Notes: generated by a model from the letters alone, not told the origin. A DNA stretch of 64,000 nucleotides from Antedon mediterranea (GCF_964355755.1 NC_092674.1:16058001-16122000); one strand, 5' to 3'; counted from the first letter of the stretch, positions 37,401 to 52,400 are shown. A program made the numbers and translations.

Positions 37401-40400
37401 AATTTTATTTTAATAATAAAATGATAATAATAAATATTTGATGAATAAAATTAATATTTTAAACTAATAATCTGAAAAGAAAGCAATAGTTTTAGTCAAA
37501 TCAATTTATGAGCATAACTCAAGAAAGACAAATATATACAGTGTTCATTTATTGTTTTATAATTAATAATAATAAATATTATAATCCATCAACATAAGAT
37601 AAGAAAACACTTTCTTTAGTATAGTAGGCCTAACATATTTTATAATAATAATAGATATATTTATTTTTATTTAAATTGGTATAATTTATATTAAAAATAC
37701 TTAATTAAATACTTTATATTTCTATATGATGATGAATCAAATTTAACCCAGATGGGCAAATCTAATGTTTCATTGTCATTTTTTTCATCTATACAGATCA
37801 GCAGTTTATCAACAATGTTACCGTTCCAATTGAGAACTGCATTTAACCCCAAAAATAGAGATGCCGCATCAACAAAAAGACCAACCAAAGAAACATCAGC
37901 CCACAGACGGTTCTCGAATATACAGTAATTTCAGCGTAAAAAAAAATTACATAACTGAAATTAAACTATTAAACAGGGTTACATCAGGTGGTTAAAATCA
38001 GCACTGAAACTACGAACCAACTTTATATACCATTGAGTAAACATTTTAGAAGTAATGCGCGATTTACCAAATTTTTCCCTCACGTAAATTTATATAGATT
38101 ATACGTTTTAATGATTGAACAAGAGTGTTAATGCGAAGTATATCCAAATGTATTCTCAATGATTTTACTGTAAATGACTATTAATAGTATATTTTAGCAG
38201 TTTGTTGTGTGCAGTAGTAATTACAGTTGTCACACTTTAAAAATAATGTAGTAGTTCTTGTTGACTTATTTAAGTGAACTATTTGGTGTCTCTGTTACAC
38301 GTGAAAACTTCAATTTTTTATTGCATGAATTATATTGTTTTATTGATTAAAAGATAGTATTTGATATACTATTTTTACCAGTTAATCAATTGTATGCAGT
38401 AGTAACCACATTTGTTACACTTTAAAAATGGCTGCATATCAAAACCATTTCATAAAACATTGTGACAAGTTAAAGTGAACATTTGGTGTCTCCGTTACAC
38501 GTGAAATCTTCCATTTATATTTCATGAACCATATTGTTTTATTTCCACATGGAGGTATGATCCTGATTTGACTTGTTGCTAGTAAATGTATATACTTGAG
38601 GTATATTCTGTTCATTTCTGTATTGTTTACATGTAATTTTTAAACAGCAGTGACTTTACAAATCTTTTATATAGAAATTAAGTCAACTTTAACGGCTTTG
38701 CATAATTATTTCATAAGCTATTTTTTAAATTTGAAAAGGTGTGATTTAAATAATATTTTTCTGCATTGAAGATGTTCCCAAAAGCTATTTAAAAATCCAA
38801 TTTAAACAGTTTTAGGTTATTAATAATAACTTATAAGAGGGGTAGATAATGTGATTTTGGTGTCTCCGTTACACGTGAAATTTGCTATGCATGTTGATGC
38901 TATATAATGCTGTTACATAGAGACAACAGATTTAATGTGTATTTTGCTTCTTTTTTTTAGTTCAAGTACATGATATACTATTTAGAATTGATTATTAGAC
39001 TTAGAATGTCACACTTTGAAATTCTGACCCTAATGTCACACCTTGGCCCCTTTATTTATGGAAACACCCATTTCAATTTAATAACGTACTTAATGGTTAG
39101 AAATACGAAATGAAAACATTTTTTATAATGTTACTGTATATATACTATTAGGTATCCAAATGAAGCGGATTTTCGTTATGGCGATTTTAACACGTTCGTG
39201 AAATTTCAAAAAGTGACATGTCTTTGAAGTTAAAAATATACTATTTCTTATGTAGCCATGTGAATAAAATTTATATGTCTAGAAAGATCTTGTTTAAGAT
39301 TTTATTTATATATATTTTTAATCTATGTTTATTTAATATTTTAATAGAAAACGAGAGTTAAAAAGGAGGTACAAAAGCCGGCGAGCCGAAATCCGCGCGC
39401 TAAAAATAACTTCGGAAAACACCTACCCATTTTCAAAACACGATCGCTCGGCGACCATAATAGGTGGTGGAGTAATGTTTGTTGCATGTTATCAGGCTTT
39501 CAATACTCTTTATTTTAATATGTAAATCGGTTATTATTATTATGTACATCCGCCTCAAATGTCAATTTTTCCGATAAAAATTAAATTTTTGCGTCTTTCT
39601 CATTATCAAAATCTGGGGAATTTAGTATTGAATTGAAGCTAATTTATATTTCTGTTTGATAAACTACATTGTTTTATTTGTCTTTGCGTGGTCGTCGTGC
39701 GAAGAGGCCAACAAGACCAACCACTTAAGAAAATAATCCCTATCGAAAATAAAAGTATTTACCATTTTCCTTGCAGGGGGATTCAGTTCTCAGCTTATTA
39801 CTAAAATTACCGTCGCCCAGGCAATTTGCATGGTATGCATGTATTAGCGCGTTAAATTATGATTGGATACCCCCGCAGTGGACTGTTCCATTTTCGGAAC
39901 TAGTCTTTCCTGCACACGAGGCATGGCGAAGAATGTCGCTTCTCATAGAATATTTGCTTCGAAACTTAAATTTTACCGATTTATTAAAGTATTTAATAAG
40001 TGGAGTATTTATCAAGCTACTATATAAAGCAAGTACCTTTGGAATAAATGGACCGAAGGAATTTAAGAAGCTCTAAATTTGCTATGCAGCGGCCGTAACC
40101 CATTCTATGTAGGCGGCCGAAAGGCGCTTTTGACAGGGTTGCCGTTATATGTATACGCTGTATCTTGGCCTAAACGTGATTCCGTATTTCAATTTAAAGT
40201 GCACCTTACGGTTAGAATATTTGAAAAGGAAATAAAATTAAACATATTAATATATACTATTGAAGTAATTACTTAGTTAAATTTTAAATTCGTCTGCTTT
40301 CCTCCCGATATTTCTTCGGCAGAATTTAGTGGTGTTAGGCTTTAGGCCTAGGGGTAGGCCTATATAAACTTAACTTGTAGGAGGCGCGGCCGAGTTTACG

Positions 40401-43400
40401 CCCGGAATGGAATCGAATGCATAATAAGCACGGGCTTAATTCTAATTTTTAGCTGTTTGAAAATCAATTAAAATAATATTTATGATTATAATTAAAAATT
40501 TAAATTCTAGAATTATAAAAAAAATGTATACTTACGAAAAATAATATTTAAAAAAAAGACACAATAGCCACACAGTTTTTTAACACAATATATATTTTAT
40601 TACATTTTAACATTTTTTAACAATATTTATGTTGTATTTCAGAAATACCTACCCGTCAATATAAATAATCTCACTAAAATACACATTACATTCTATGCAA
40701 TGCAAAAAAAAAGAAGTCAATTCATACACTGGTTCAAAAGTTACAAATCATTTAAAGACAGGAACTTTTTGAGCATTTTTTAGACATCTGGAAAAAATTA
40801 GCGCAAAAAGCCCTAAGACCAATTTTGGAGGGCGATATCTCAAAAAAAAATTTTGAGGACCCCCCCAAAAAAAATAGTCTTGTACAACTCTGTGGTATCT
40901 ATGGGTTTAGCAAAAATTAGAACTTTCAAGTTATTAATATAAAAGTTATAACCCTTCAAAAATGGTTCCAAATATAATTGAAAAAAATGCCATTTTTCAA
41001 CCAAAAATCATCGTTTTTTGGCAACTTCAACGGACGATAACTTTTGAATGGATAATCCGATTTCAATCATTTAAATTGCAAAAGTTTATGTTCAGTAAGT
41101 TCCTTTTGATTAACTGAAAGAAAAAGTACCATCATTAATTTGAAATTTTACATTGGGATACCTAATACTATTCAGGTAAACAATTAATTGTTTTAATTAA
41201 CATTGATTATTTTAAATTAGTTTATTTTGACCCATTGTGTGTTTGCCTTAAAAAAGCATCTTAGCCCAGCTTAGATTTGGTGTCATAATCATACGGGCGG
41301 CCCTATAATCTTGTTTTACGTATTCAAAAGTTATAATAGTATTTATGATTAAAATTATAAATATAAAGTATATTAAAATAATAATCTAATAATCATACTT
41401 ACCAAAAATTAGTGTAAAAGAAAGGAATCAGTACACACAGTTTTTAACATACTTTTTCATTTTTTTTTTTCATATACTCATCTAAAATATATTTATTAAT
41501 GAAATATAAACTATATTCTAACAAGTACAAAAAAAATTAAATGAATTAGTACAGTAGATCAAAAGTTACAGATCATTGAAAAATTGCATTTTTTTTTCCA
41601 TTTTTTTAGGGAATTCCAGCAAAAATGGGCGCTAAATGCTTTCCTACCACTTTGCGGACCAATAATTTTAAAAATAGGTTTCATTGAGGCTCCAAAAAAA
41701 ATAGAGTTGTACAACTCTGTGATATCTATAGGTTTAACAAAATTCAAAACTTTTAACTAATTATTGTAAAATTTATAACCTTTTAAAAATGCTTCCAATT
41801 TTAACTGCAAAAACCACCATTTTTAGGCAAAAAATCGTTTATTTTTTACCACTTTAAATAACCATAGCTTTAGAACGGGTAATCGGATTTCAATCATTTA
41901 AATTGCAAAATGCTAATTACAGTAGAACCTCCATTTTACGTACGGTACGGGACCGAAAGGCGTACGTAAAACAAGGGATTCGTAAAATCAAGGTTAACCT
42001 TAAATTGACCCCAAATACGTAGAGATCGTAGCTAGCTAGCCGTACTTGCCTACTTCTGTACTGTGTACAGTATGCGTCACTAGCTTAGCTAGGCCTAGGC
42101 TATTCAGGCTAGGCTAGCAGGCCTAGCAAGATGTGAGGCCTAACTAGAAAAGTACAGTATATACAGGCTGTGCGATGTTTAAATAAAGTGTAAAATATAA
42201 TTGTTTTCTATCAATAAAAACAGTCGCTGCTTTAGGGGGAATGCACGTGCGTAGCTTGTCCCACACACAGCAGAATTCCTCACACAGCCATGATTGTGGC
42301 TTTGTGTGCTTTGTTGTGTTGTTAAATTGCGCCCTCAATGTAAGAAAATGATGACGTCATCGGTTATTTTAAGCGTACGTAAAATCGAGGGAACGTAAAA
42401 TCAGGGTACGTAAAACACAGGTTCTACTGTACATTAAGTTCTTTATGGTTAACTGAAAGAAAAAGTAAAAAAAGTAATCTGAATTTTTTCATTGGGATAC
42501 CTACTAATAGCTATTACCACTTTATAATAATAAATGGGACTTATATAGTGCATTATGCAAAACCTCAATGCCCTTAACAAAAGATATAAAGAGAAAAAAA
42601 AAGAGTTAAAAGGTGAGTTTTCAGAGCAGTCTTAAAATAAGCGATTAAAGTAGGCTGATGGATAGAGATTGGTATTAAGGGCGACAAAGGCCCAAGAAAA
42701 GGAACGAAAACCGTAATGCTAAAGGATTGAATATGCGAGTAGAGACTCTGAACAAGATCGCAAAGATCTCTTAGGAATATACTGTACGGATGAATCAAAC
42801 TCGAAACAAAAACAGGCGAGGAATTATGAAGAGATTTGAAGATAAATAGCAACATTTTAAAAGTTATTCTCTGTGTAACAGGAAGGCAACAAATGTTTCT
42901 AAACACAGGACAGGTGGATATGTTCCCTAACCGGGCAGAGAGTGACTAAACGGGCACAGCTGCATTTTGAACACGCTGCAGTTTTTAAATATCCTTAGGT
43001 GGCATTTTTTTTATCGGTTGGTTTTCACATGGAGTGGATCATATTTGTGGCCCCTGCATATCAGCTCCATGCAAGGGAACTGGAAGGGTTATCCTGAATA
43101 TTAATGAAATGAATATAATGTAAAAACATTTTTGTGTTAAATATTGTTTATTAAAATTTGTATACAAACTTTTCTCCCATCCACAAAACAGTAACCTCAG
43201 TTTTCCTCTTTTAAAAAATTAGATTTGACCTATGTCAGCTATCCACAGAGTTTAGTCCAGTGGAGAATCTTGGTCAGGTTGTGTTTGGAGAACGTATTCA
43301 CTCATCCCCATATAACTTTACTTTCAAGCAAAAGCAGGATTGTTTCAATGTCTGCACCAAAAATTATGACTTAAAGATTGAGGCAGATAAGAAGAAACTG

Positions 43401-46400
43401 AACTTTTTGAAAAAAGGCATAATGTTAAATTATCATCAGCATTGGTGAGTGAAGGTTTCCTTGTTTTAATGTTTACTGTTTCATCAGTGCAAAAACAAAT
43501 TTAAATATTATATAAATAAAAAAAGATGCCAAAAGTGGAATACACTGTAAACAAATGTTGAAATAGTTTCTCTTGGTGTATTTCCATTTGCGTCCTGAAA
43601 AAAAAAAAATGTTAAATTCAAGCGACTTTTTAAAATGCAGTGGTTAACTTTTCCTAATGTTGTGCATCGGTAAATGGTGTGGAAGTTCAATTTTTAAAAG
43701 ATTTTGTTTTAACATTAATACAGGATCATCGATAATATGCCAGTTACTTGGTGTTACGAAGTTGACAATGAGCAGAACTACTGTGCCCCTGGATTTCCTC
43801 TTGGTTGTTATGTTACGAAGGATAGCAATCGTATGGATGCTTGTGTCATTGACGTATGTTTACCTTACTATCAACTTCTTAAAATAAAACAAAATTTAAT
43901 TGATTTAGTTTTCAGTTTAAAGATGTGTAAGTGTAGCTACAGTAGGTTACTGTAAGTTGTCTACAATTAAAGATCATTGACTTTTATTGAAAGTTTTTGT
44001 ATAAAATCACCTTTTTTTAGGTAAATTATGGAACTGCAAACACTTTCTATGTGTTTAATCATGTGGATATTGTTATTGGATACCACACACTAGAAGAAGA
44101 TGCACAACAGGCATCTAGACTTGTATCCGCTAAAGTCACTCCCAAAAGGTAAAAAAAGAGATTATAGGTACATTTTAACTATTTCCTTTTTACATGCAGT
44201 GAACTTTATATTTAAAGTAAAATAAACAATTATCAGGCCTCGAATTTTACCGCGGCCAGTGCCGTCGGTGCCCTCCCAGTTGGCCTCAATGCCCTCGAAA
44301 ATGAATAGGACCCACGGCCACTACTGGGCTGCCCTTTTTTTTGCGTTGGCCGCGAGTGCCCTTCCCGGGCTTTACCACAATAAAAACCACTGAATATAGA
44401 AAATAATGTCAAGAAGATTTGTTTACATGACTCGGACGAGACGCAAAACTATCGCCTGTCTTCGTTGCAAGGGAATTTTCCTAAACGCATTTATTATTTA
44501 CACAAACAGTAAACAAAACATCGAACATTGTGTAACCAAAATCATCCCGGCCGCCGTGCGTGGTAAATCATGGTATAGATAGTACATTAAAATACAGGGG
44601 TGTACACTTTTAATAATCAAGCTAAAAACGTTCCTCGATCAGAGGTTACTGAATGTATTAAAGTCGCACCACCCCACCTCAATAATCGAGCTAGCCGCCT
44701 TCGATGAAAAAAAATTACACGCACTCCTAGCTAGCCTAGCCTATCCTCCCCCGCCGCCGATCCGGTCGAACACACGCAATTCAATTCATTGGGAAAACAA
44801 TTCTATTTGACGCACACGCACCCTCTGATAAGAAATTTCACACACGACGTCGTGTACGCGAAGGATCGGATCGTTGGAAAAACAATTCCTTTTGACGTAC
44901 ACGCACCCTCTGATAAGAAAATATCATGTACGTTCCTGCATGGTGTAGTCCATTATATGTGTAAAATTAGGGGTGTTTACTTTTATTTTAGCACCAAAGT
45001 TAAACCTGCACCTCAACCCGAAGATCGTTGGAAGTATGTCATATTTATATTTTATCGCACCCACCTCAATAATCCAGCAGACAGATCATCGAAAAATCTT
45101 GTTTAACAACGTCGTACACTAAATTACCAAACGCGTTTTTACCGAACTCGAGGAAATGGTATACAGTAGTCCACAATACACGTGTGCAGAAGGCTAAACA
45201 GAGAGAGTGAAAGGGGTCGGTGTCCGTCCGTGTTTTTAATTCTTATAAATATGGATTATACTAACAAAAAAGCTTCAGAAATCGAAACTCGGAAAATAAC
45301 TATAATTTATATTCTACTACATAATGTCATTGGCTTGATTTTTACCGTGGTTAACACTCTGTGTATGAATCACGTTTTCTCCGTCGGCTGCTAGCTAAGT
45401 AAGACTGAGTAGCTTGCTGTTGTTAGGGTCTTTATAACTGTTCTGGGGTTGCTTGTTGGCTTCACATGCCTTTTTATCGCATTATTTAAAACTAAACGAA
45501 ACATTCAACACAGGACGGTAAACTATAAACGCTGAACATCGTACCTATTTATTATTTATATGGATCGTAAATACACGTAATATTTATATGAAATACAAAA
45601 AGATAAGATGTATTGTAGACAGTCCTACTACTACTACGCAATCTGATGAATAGGGGGAAATCCCCAAAACATTTTGCGGGTAGAATTTTTTTTTTTTTTT
45701 TTTTTTTAAATTCCACCCTCAACCGAAAACAAAGCTATTTTTTAATTTTGGCCTAGTTATTAAAATATTTTTTAATTTTGGCCTTGGTGCCTCTTCGATT
45801 TAAAACAAATGGCCTTGGTGCCCTCCCATTTGGCCTTGGTGCCCCTAAAATCAATGAAAACCGGAGGCCAAATGGCCTTGCCACTAAAATCCCCAAATTC
45901 GAGGCCTGCAATTATACTGTACCAAGTTCATTTGCTTTTAGTAGTAGTACAGTAGTAGTAGTAGTAAGCTTGCGTTTATATTTATAATAACCATTGTTTC
46001 ATGTTTAGTTTTAAACATCCCAAGCCTGGTGTCTGCCCTGACAAGACTGAAGTCAATGAACCAATGGCCATCAATATGAAACTAGAGGAAAATGGTGAAA
46101 AATTGTCTATTAGTTACAGTTATTCTGTAAACTTTGTGGTTAGTTTTTAATATTTTTCTTTGATTCATTATGGAATCATTTTATAAGATGAGTTTATAAA
46201 TATAATATGCTTCAAATCTGTTACATTATGTGCCATGAGAGGGAGAGGTGCATCGCTGTACTTATATTGGTTCATCTATTATTAATGTGAACTGTCAAGT
46301 AACTTAGTTTTATGATGTAATGTAAAGCTTCATTATTTATTGGTGTCAAAATAAGTTGATGGTACAGACGAACCACTACCTACCAACATGTAGAAAACAC

Positions 46401-49400
46401 TATTTTAATTAGAACTTTTTAAAATGAAACTGAATAAGTTGATATACTTTTAAGTTTAAATAAACAGTTCAGATCATAACCGATTTTAATTAAAGAAATA
46501 TACATTTTTGCATTTCACACCAAAATGAAATGGAAAATAGATCATTTTCAATTTTCATCTATATTTAAAATGTGAATTTGATGTTTTGGTCATTTTAGCT
46601 GAAATTATTACTAAACTTTGTTTTAGAATGTTTTCCTTAATATTATGTTGGGAAAATTACCTTATACAGTATTGAAAAATACTCATTTGAATTTTATCAC
46701 AGGAACAAAAGGAAATTCGTTGGGCATCTCGTTGGGATTATATCCTGGAGTCTATGCCACATAGCAATATCCAATGGTTCAGTATTATGAATTCACTAGT
46801 TATTGTACTGTTTCTATCTGGAATGGTAGCCATGATCATGCTTAGAACACTTCACAAGGATATTACACGCTACAATCAAATGGACACGGTAAGAATATTT
46901 TCTTCTTGTTTAATTTAACCAGGGATGAGATTTCTCCACGGATTTCCGTGTTTTTAAGTATTATTTTGAACCTCTAGATATTATTTCAATTCCAAAGAGT
47001 TTTTTTGAGGGTGGGGGTTTTGGCACAGACAAACGATCGTACTAATTATTTTCGCGATCTGGATTTTTAAAAAGGAATTTTTGTTTCTAGCAAACTATTG
47101 CGTTTGTTGGCGCTATTTACTGTACATTAACACGGCGATCGTTTTGTGTTTTGTAGATATTCAGTAACTGTCCTCTGTTAAAATATTTGTGTAATAAATT
47201 TCGGCCGCGGGGTGTTAATATCTTCACATTTGTTTATCTCTCAATCTTACCGCAAACATTCGTTAATAAAATCTACATTTATAGAGTTAAATGTTTCGTT
47301 TGTAATTTATTACAAAATCAATTACATTGAATCTGGGAGTGTGAAGTTTCAGGCTACTGCACTTTTGCACCACAATCTCTCAAGCTTACCCCATTTAAAA
47401 TCATTCACCCTCTGCGCGGCGGTAATGGTGAGTGACCGTGAAGTCTTATGCCCAGTTTTAGGTGCGAAACTACAGTAGTGCCAGCGGCCCCCCTGGCCCC
47501 TCAGCCTATGTGTTGGTATTTTGATCTTTTTTTTATATTCCTCTATCATCCCTGTTTAACAGTTTAAATTCTTCGATTAGCTCTGTGAAACCATTGAAAG
47601 TTTAATTTTATCAACTATCATTGTTTAGGAAGAAGCACAGGAGGAGTTTGGCTGGAAACTAGTACATGGTGATGTTTTCCGTCCTCCGCGTCGAGGCATG
47701 CTGTTATCTGTTTTTGTGGGAAGTGGAACTCAGATATTTGTAATGACTTTCATCACTTTGAGTAAGTACTGCAATCAAGGGCTGACAAATAATGGTTGCC
47801 TATGTTTTGTACTATCGTTGCGATTTGAATGTTATGTAGTATGTCTAGTACTAGGTCTAGGCCTGTTAGTATTAGGCTAGGCCTAGCCTAGGTATTTTAG
47901 CCTTGCTAGGCCTTGGATTGTTTGGTCGTTTGTTGACATAATTAACACTAAAGTATATTATAAAATCCATATAAATATACATGTAATGGTGAATGATGAA
48001 AGGTTATATATCAACTCAGCGTTGCCTCGTTGATATATAACCTTTCATCATTCACCTTATACCATTATTTGTACCATTACACTTATAAACATTCATTATT
48101 TGTATAATATTACATAAATTACAGCAATAACACAATAGTTACGGCAATTTTGAAGATACAGTACAGATAAAAAATACTACACGTTTTCCTATGAACTGGC
48201 TTCGTAGACAGAACGTACAGTAGGCTATGTTGTTGGCTTCGTAGATTACATTCTTATGTCTTATTTTTGACTGGCAGGGATCAAGTTGTAAATTACTCAA
48301 AAATATATAATATTTTTAATTGTAATCACTTCCTTCTTGAGTGTTTACCTACAGTACTCGATGCACCACCGATGAACCTCAATGAACTAAGCCAACTTTT
48401 TTTTTTCTCTTTTGTGGCGCAAACACCACTTTTATTCACATTCATATTATCTCATATTACATAAAATCGTATTATTTAACTTGTAAATGTCTTTACAGTT
48501 CATAAGTAACATTTTTACATATATGAATTCTGTATTACTCCTTTTTTCATTAATTTTCTTATATTTGGTTATACACTTGACAGGATCATCATTATCATCT
48601 ATCCCGTTTTAAAATAGTTCACACATTTTCATTTGTTTGTTTTCATTTTACAACCCGGATTATACAATATATTTATATACATGATAAAAAAAAACAATAA
48701 TAGCTCAGTACCACCAATAACCCGTATCACTGTAATTCTTTTTCGGTTAATCGTATCAAATTAGAAATTATATTATCATAATCTTATTTCTCAAAGCTAC
48801 CCATTTTTCTATACTTGTTTCTTTATTGTTATATGTTTCACATTCAATGTTATATAACATATTGCTTTTAAATGAATTCCATAAAGATTTACCCACTGGC
48901 TTATTTAGTGAAGATAACATTTTTATTCTATAAATAGTAAATGCTGCAAAAGTGTAAATATAATCTATTAGCTTATCTCCCGTTCCTAGTATTAATTGTT
49001 TAAATGATATATTATTGTGATTTAAACTTACAAAGATACTAAGCATTTTCCTCCAATATTTCTGAATAAATCTACAACTAAAAAACAAATGATTTTCATT
49101 TTCAATTTCTCCACATTTGTCACACGTTTGTGTTTCCTTAACTTTCCACTGATACAGCCGTTTGTTGGTAGGCAGTATTCTATGTAACATCTTATAATTG
49201 AATTGTGCTAGTTTCTTATCTTTCATTTTACATACTTTCCGTAACCAAAAAGTTTTCCAATCAATGTTGTTATCATTGAAGTACTCTTCCCATTTTAGTT
49301 GTGACATTGGAATAATGAAATATTCTTTCACAAACCATGAGTATATTAGTTTGGTAGTATTAATCTCATACTTGGTCCCAACTAATTCATCATTATCATC

Positions 49401-52400
49401 ACAATTGAAAATATCTACCTCCTTAATAATACGTTTCCATTGAATTGGTATTGCCTTAATAATGCACAAATACTCATTTAACCAGTTTGTTTTACATTGT
49501 AGTTTCACCAGTATTTCGTTTGATGTTAAAAAAGTGTTCTTATTAACAATGTCTTTAATACTGATAATGCCACTGTCAATCCAATGCTTGTAGAAAAGCA
49601 ATTTTTTTTTTTAGTTTAACGTAGTGGTTTCCCCACAGTTGCTCATTCATTATATCGTTATAAGTTTCAGGTTTTTTTTTAGAGATTCTGTTATAATTTA
49701 TGTAGGCTTTTATCATATTTTTGTAAAACAGTGGAATTTTATCAGAATTAACATCAATAATGTTATAACATGACATATTAAGTAAAACATTAACATCACA
49801 TATTTTTTTAATATAATACATTGGAATATTTTTCCATTTAGCACCATCATCATTCATAATTCTTTTTAACCAGCCACACATGAGTGCGTTAACATGAAGA
49901 GTAAAATCATTTTCATCAGCATTTTAATGCCTCCCATCTCAACATCACCAATTAGAGTTTTTCTTTTTATCTTTTCCCTTTTATTGTTCCAAATAAAATT
50001 ATATATTAGATTTGTAACTTGTGTATATACATATTTTGGAACATCAGTGATATTTGCAGCATATGTTAATTTAGATAGTGCAAGACTTTTCAGGATTATT
50101 ATTCTACCAAAAATTGAGAGATTTCTAGCATTCCATTGTTTTAAAGTCTTTTCTAGCTTCTAGTCTATAGGCCAACTTATAAAAATAATATAGCGTCCAG
50201 TCCATCCAGAAAAAAAGATAGTAAAAAAAATATAAATTCCAAGTAATAGTATCAGAACATTCAGTCGATCACTCCAAAAAGGCTGACAGAAGACCGTAAT
50301 TAGTAAAGACCTTGATGAAACACAATACTCTGTTGTGGTTGACCGCAATCTCTCCCTTTTAAGGATGGCTGTTCATGCTCTGACAATAAGATCATGTACT
50401 TTGATTCTGTGTCACATGTCATAATACTCTCTCTAAACTGTTCCCACACGTCTTGCATGTTTTTTTTCCACTCCAAATTCTGGTCGGGCCTCTTTCTTTT
50501 AATAATGTCGTGATAATAATTGAATATAGGCCTATGTTATATCTTAACATGGAATATATATTGCATATAATTTTTAGGTTTACTAGCCTGGGCGTCTGTG
50601 TTTTATAATTTGCTTACCCAAGGTAGGATTAAATAATGTATAGTGTAGGCCGCTGAAACTAGGCTACTGTAGGCTCGACTCTGCGTGAGCTGAGACCGGC
50701 TACGAACAATAGGCTACGTTCAGAACAATGACCTACGATCTACCTACAGTATGCGTAGGCTACGAAAGGTTGCGTAATTTCTTTCTGTACTTTAGGCCTG
50801 TTGGTCTTCTGCCCAACCAAACAAAGGGTAGTCAATTAGATTTGTTATTGGAAAGACTCCACTGTATGCTACAAATGCACTGAAATCTGATAAGAATTGA
50901 ATATTAGATAATTTGTTAATTGATAATATTTAAATAACTTTTTTTTTGTTATAGTTTTTGCATGTCTTGGCTTTTTGTCACCTGCTAATCGAGGAGCTCT
51001 TATGACCTGTGTTCTGGTTCTCTATGTGCTTTTGGGAACACCGGCTGGGTACATTTCGGCAAGAATTTACAAAAGTAAGTAATTCACACTGATGAAGGCT
51101 CCATATAGGTCGTGTTTCCACAGGAAAAAATTAACATAGAAAAATATGCTGATAATTAGGCCTAAAAAAAAAATTGTTTGTTTGCTGTCAAGTTTTTTTT
51201 TTTTTTTATGTTAATTTCTCTGTTAATTGTACGCGAATTTGAGAGTAACAAAACATACTGAATAAAACAACGAGCTCAAACATCTATTCATAATTTGTTT
51301 CACACTTTAATTCTGTTTTGGGCGCGTTAGGCCCCGTGTCTAAACTAGCCTACTACACAGTAGGTCGTTGTTAGCAGGCCTAATTAAATATTTTAGAAGT
51401 TAGTGTACCGTATATTTCGGTGTATAAGTCGCACCTGTGTATAAGACACACCCCCTAACTGAGAGTAAAATATCGGTATTTTGTATATCCTCGATGTATA
51501 AGACGGCCGCGCCCAGCCTCGACAAGAAGGGAAGTCCCCCATTCCGTCAGTTCTTTCTAACATGTTATTCATGAGTTTCGCACCCGCAACATCGAGTGCA
51601 TGACCGCACGTGTGTGTGGGCTAGCCTCGCTCGATCCTTTTATCGAGAGGCGCACGTTTTCACGGACAATCGTATTCGATTAGTATATATGTATCCTAGA
51701 AGTGTGTACGCTAGGTCTATGCTATAATCAACTGGAGAATATACTAGTCGAATACTGTACACCATGTGGTTGCCAAGAAGTGCTCGCTCGCGCTGGGGGT
51801 ACGACGGTCGTTCGTATAACTATAATACTATTCCAATCGTAAACGTTTACAATTGAAATTTTATCGGAGCGCCTAAAACAGCTCCATAATGAACAAATCT
51901 TTTCATCATATTTAGTATAAAATGACGCTAAAATGCCTTGAAAACTAGCAGGTTGCTGTTACGCTAGTACACTGTAGCTAGGCTAGGCCTACTCTTTAGT
52001 AATACTATAGGCCTACTAGGCCTTACCTTAAAAAGCCCAGGCCTAGCCAACGAGGTGGCGATATCTGTGTGTTGAGGCATTATGTTCGGTGTATAATAAG
52101 ACGCACCCTTAATTTAGAGGTTAAATTTGCGTGTCAAAAGTGCGATTATACACCGAAATATACGCTACGTTATTATTTTATTGTTTCATCCTCGCACACT
52201 CGATTTTTACACTTTTTCGGCCAAAAAAAATCATAAAAAAACTTTTTTTTTTAAAGCGCCCTCAGCGTAAAAAAAAAACTTTTTCTTATCTCCGCCCCAA
52301 ATTTTTGGCAAAATTAGGGGCGGCGGATGACAGCAAACAAACTATTTTTTTTTTAGGCCTTATTTCAAATCAAATAATAATGCGATAATTTTTAACCTAT

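Larger units (their letters stand above)
33344..42503. mobile_element. Non-autonomous TIR element (TAGGTATCCCAATG...CATTGGGATACCTA), 7-bp TSD CTAATAG, hATw-like; host of a nested cluster
   Basis: TSD at 33337-33343 and 42504-42510; the left end is tandemly duplicated (33344-33687, 33688-34034). Confidence 0.85.

Noticed and set aside
37691-37920. Transposase or YqaJ-like exon inside the Sola-like element
   Set aside because: Only a vague GLFVD...FLG resemblance; the catalytic ASPDG motif is absent and the ORF is short.
51086-51122. Hammerhead ribozyme (CTGATGA core)
   Set aside because: The required GAAA after stem II is missing and the stems do not form convincingly.
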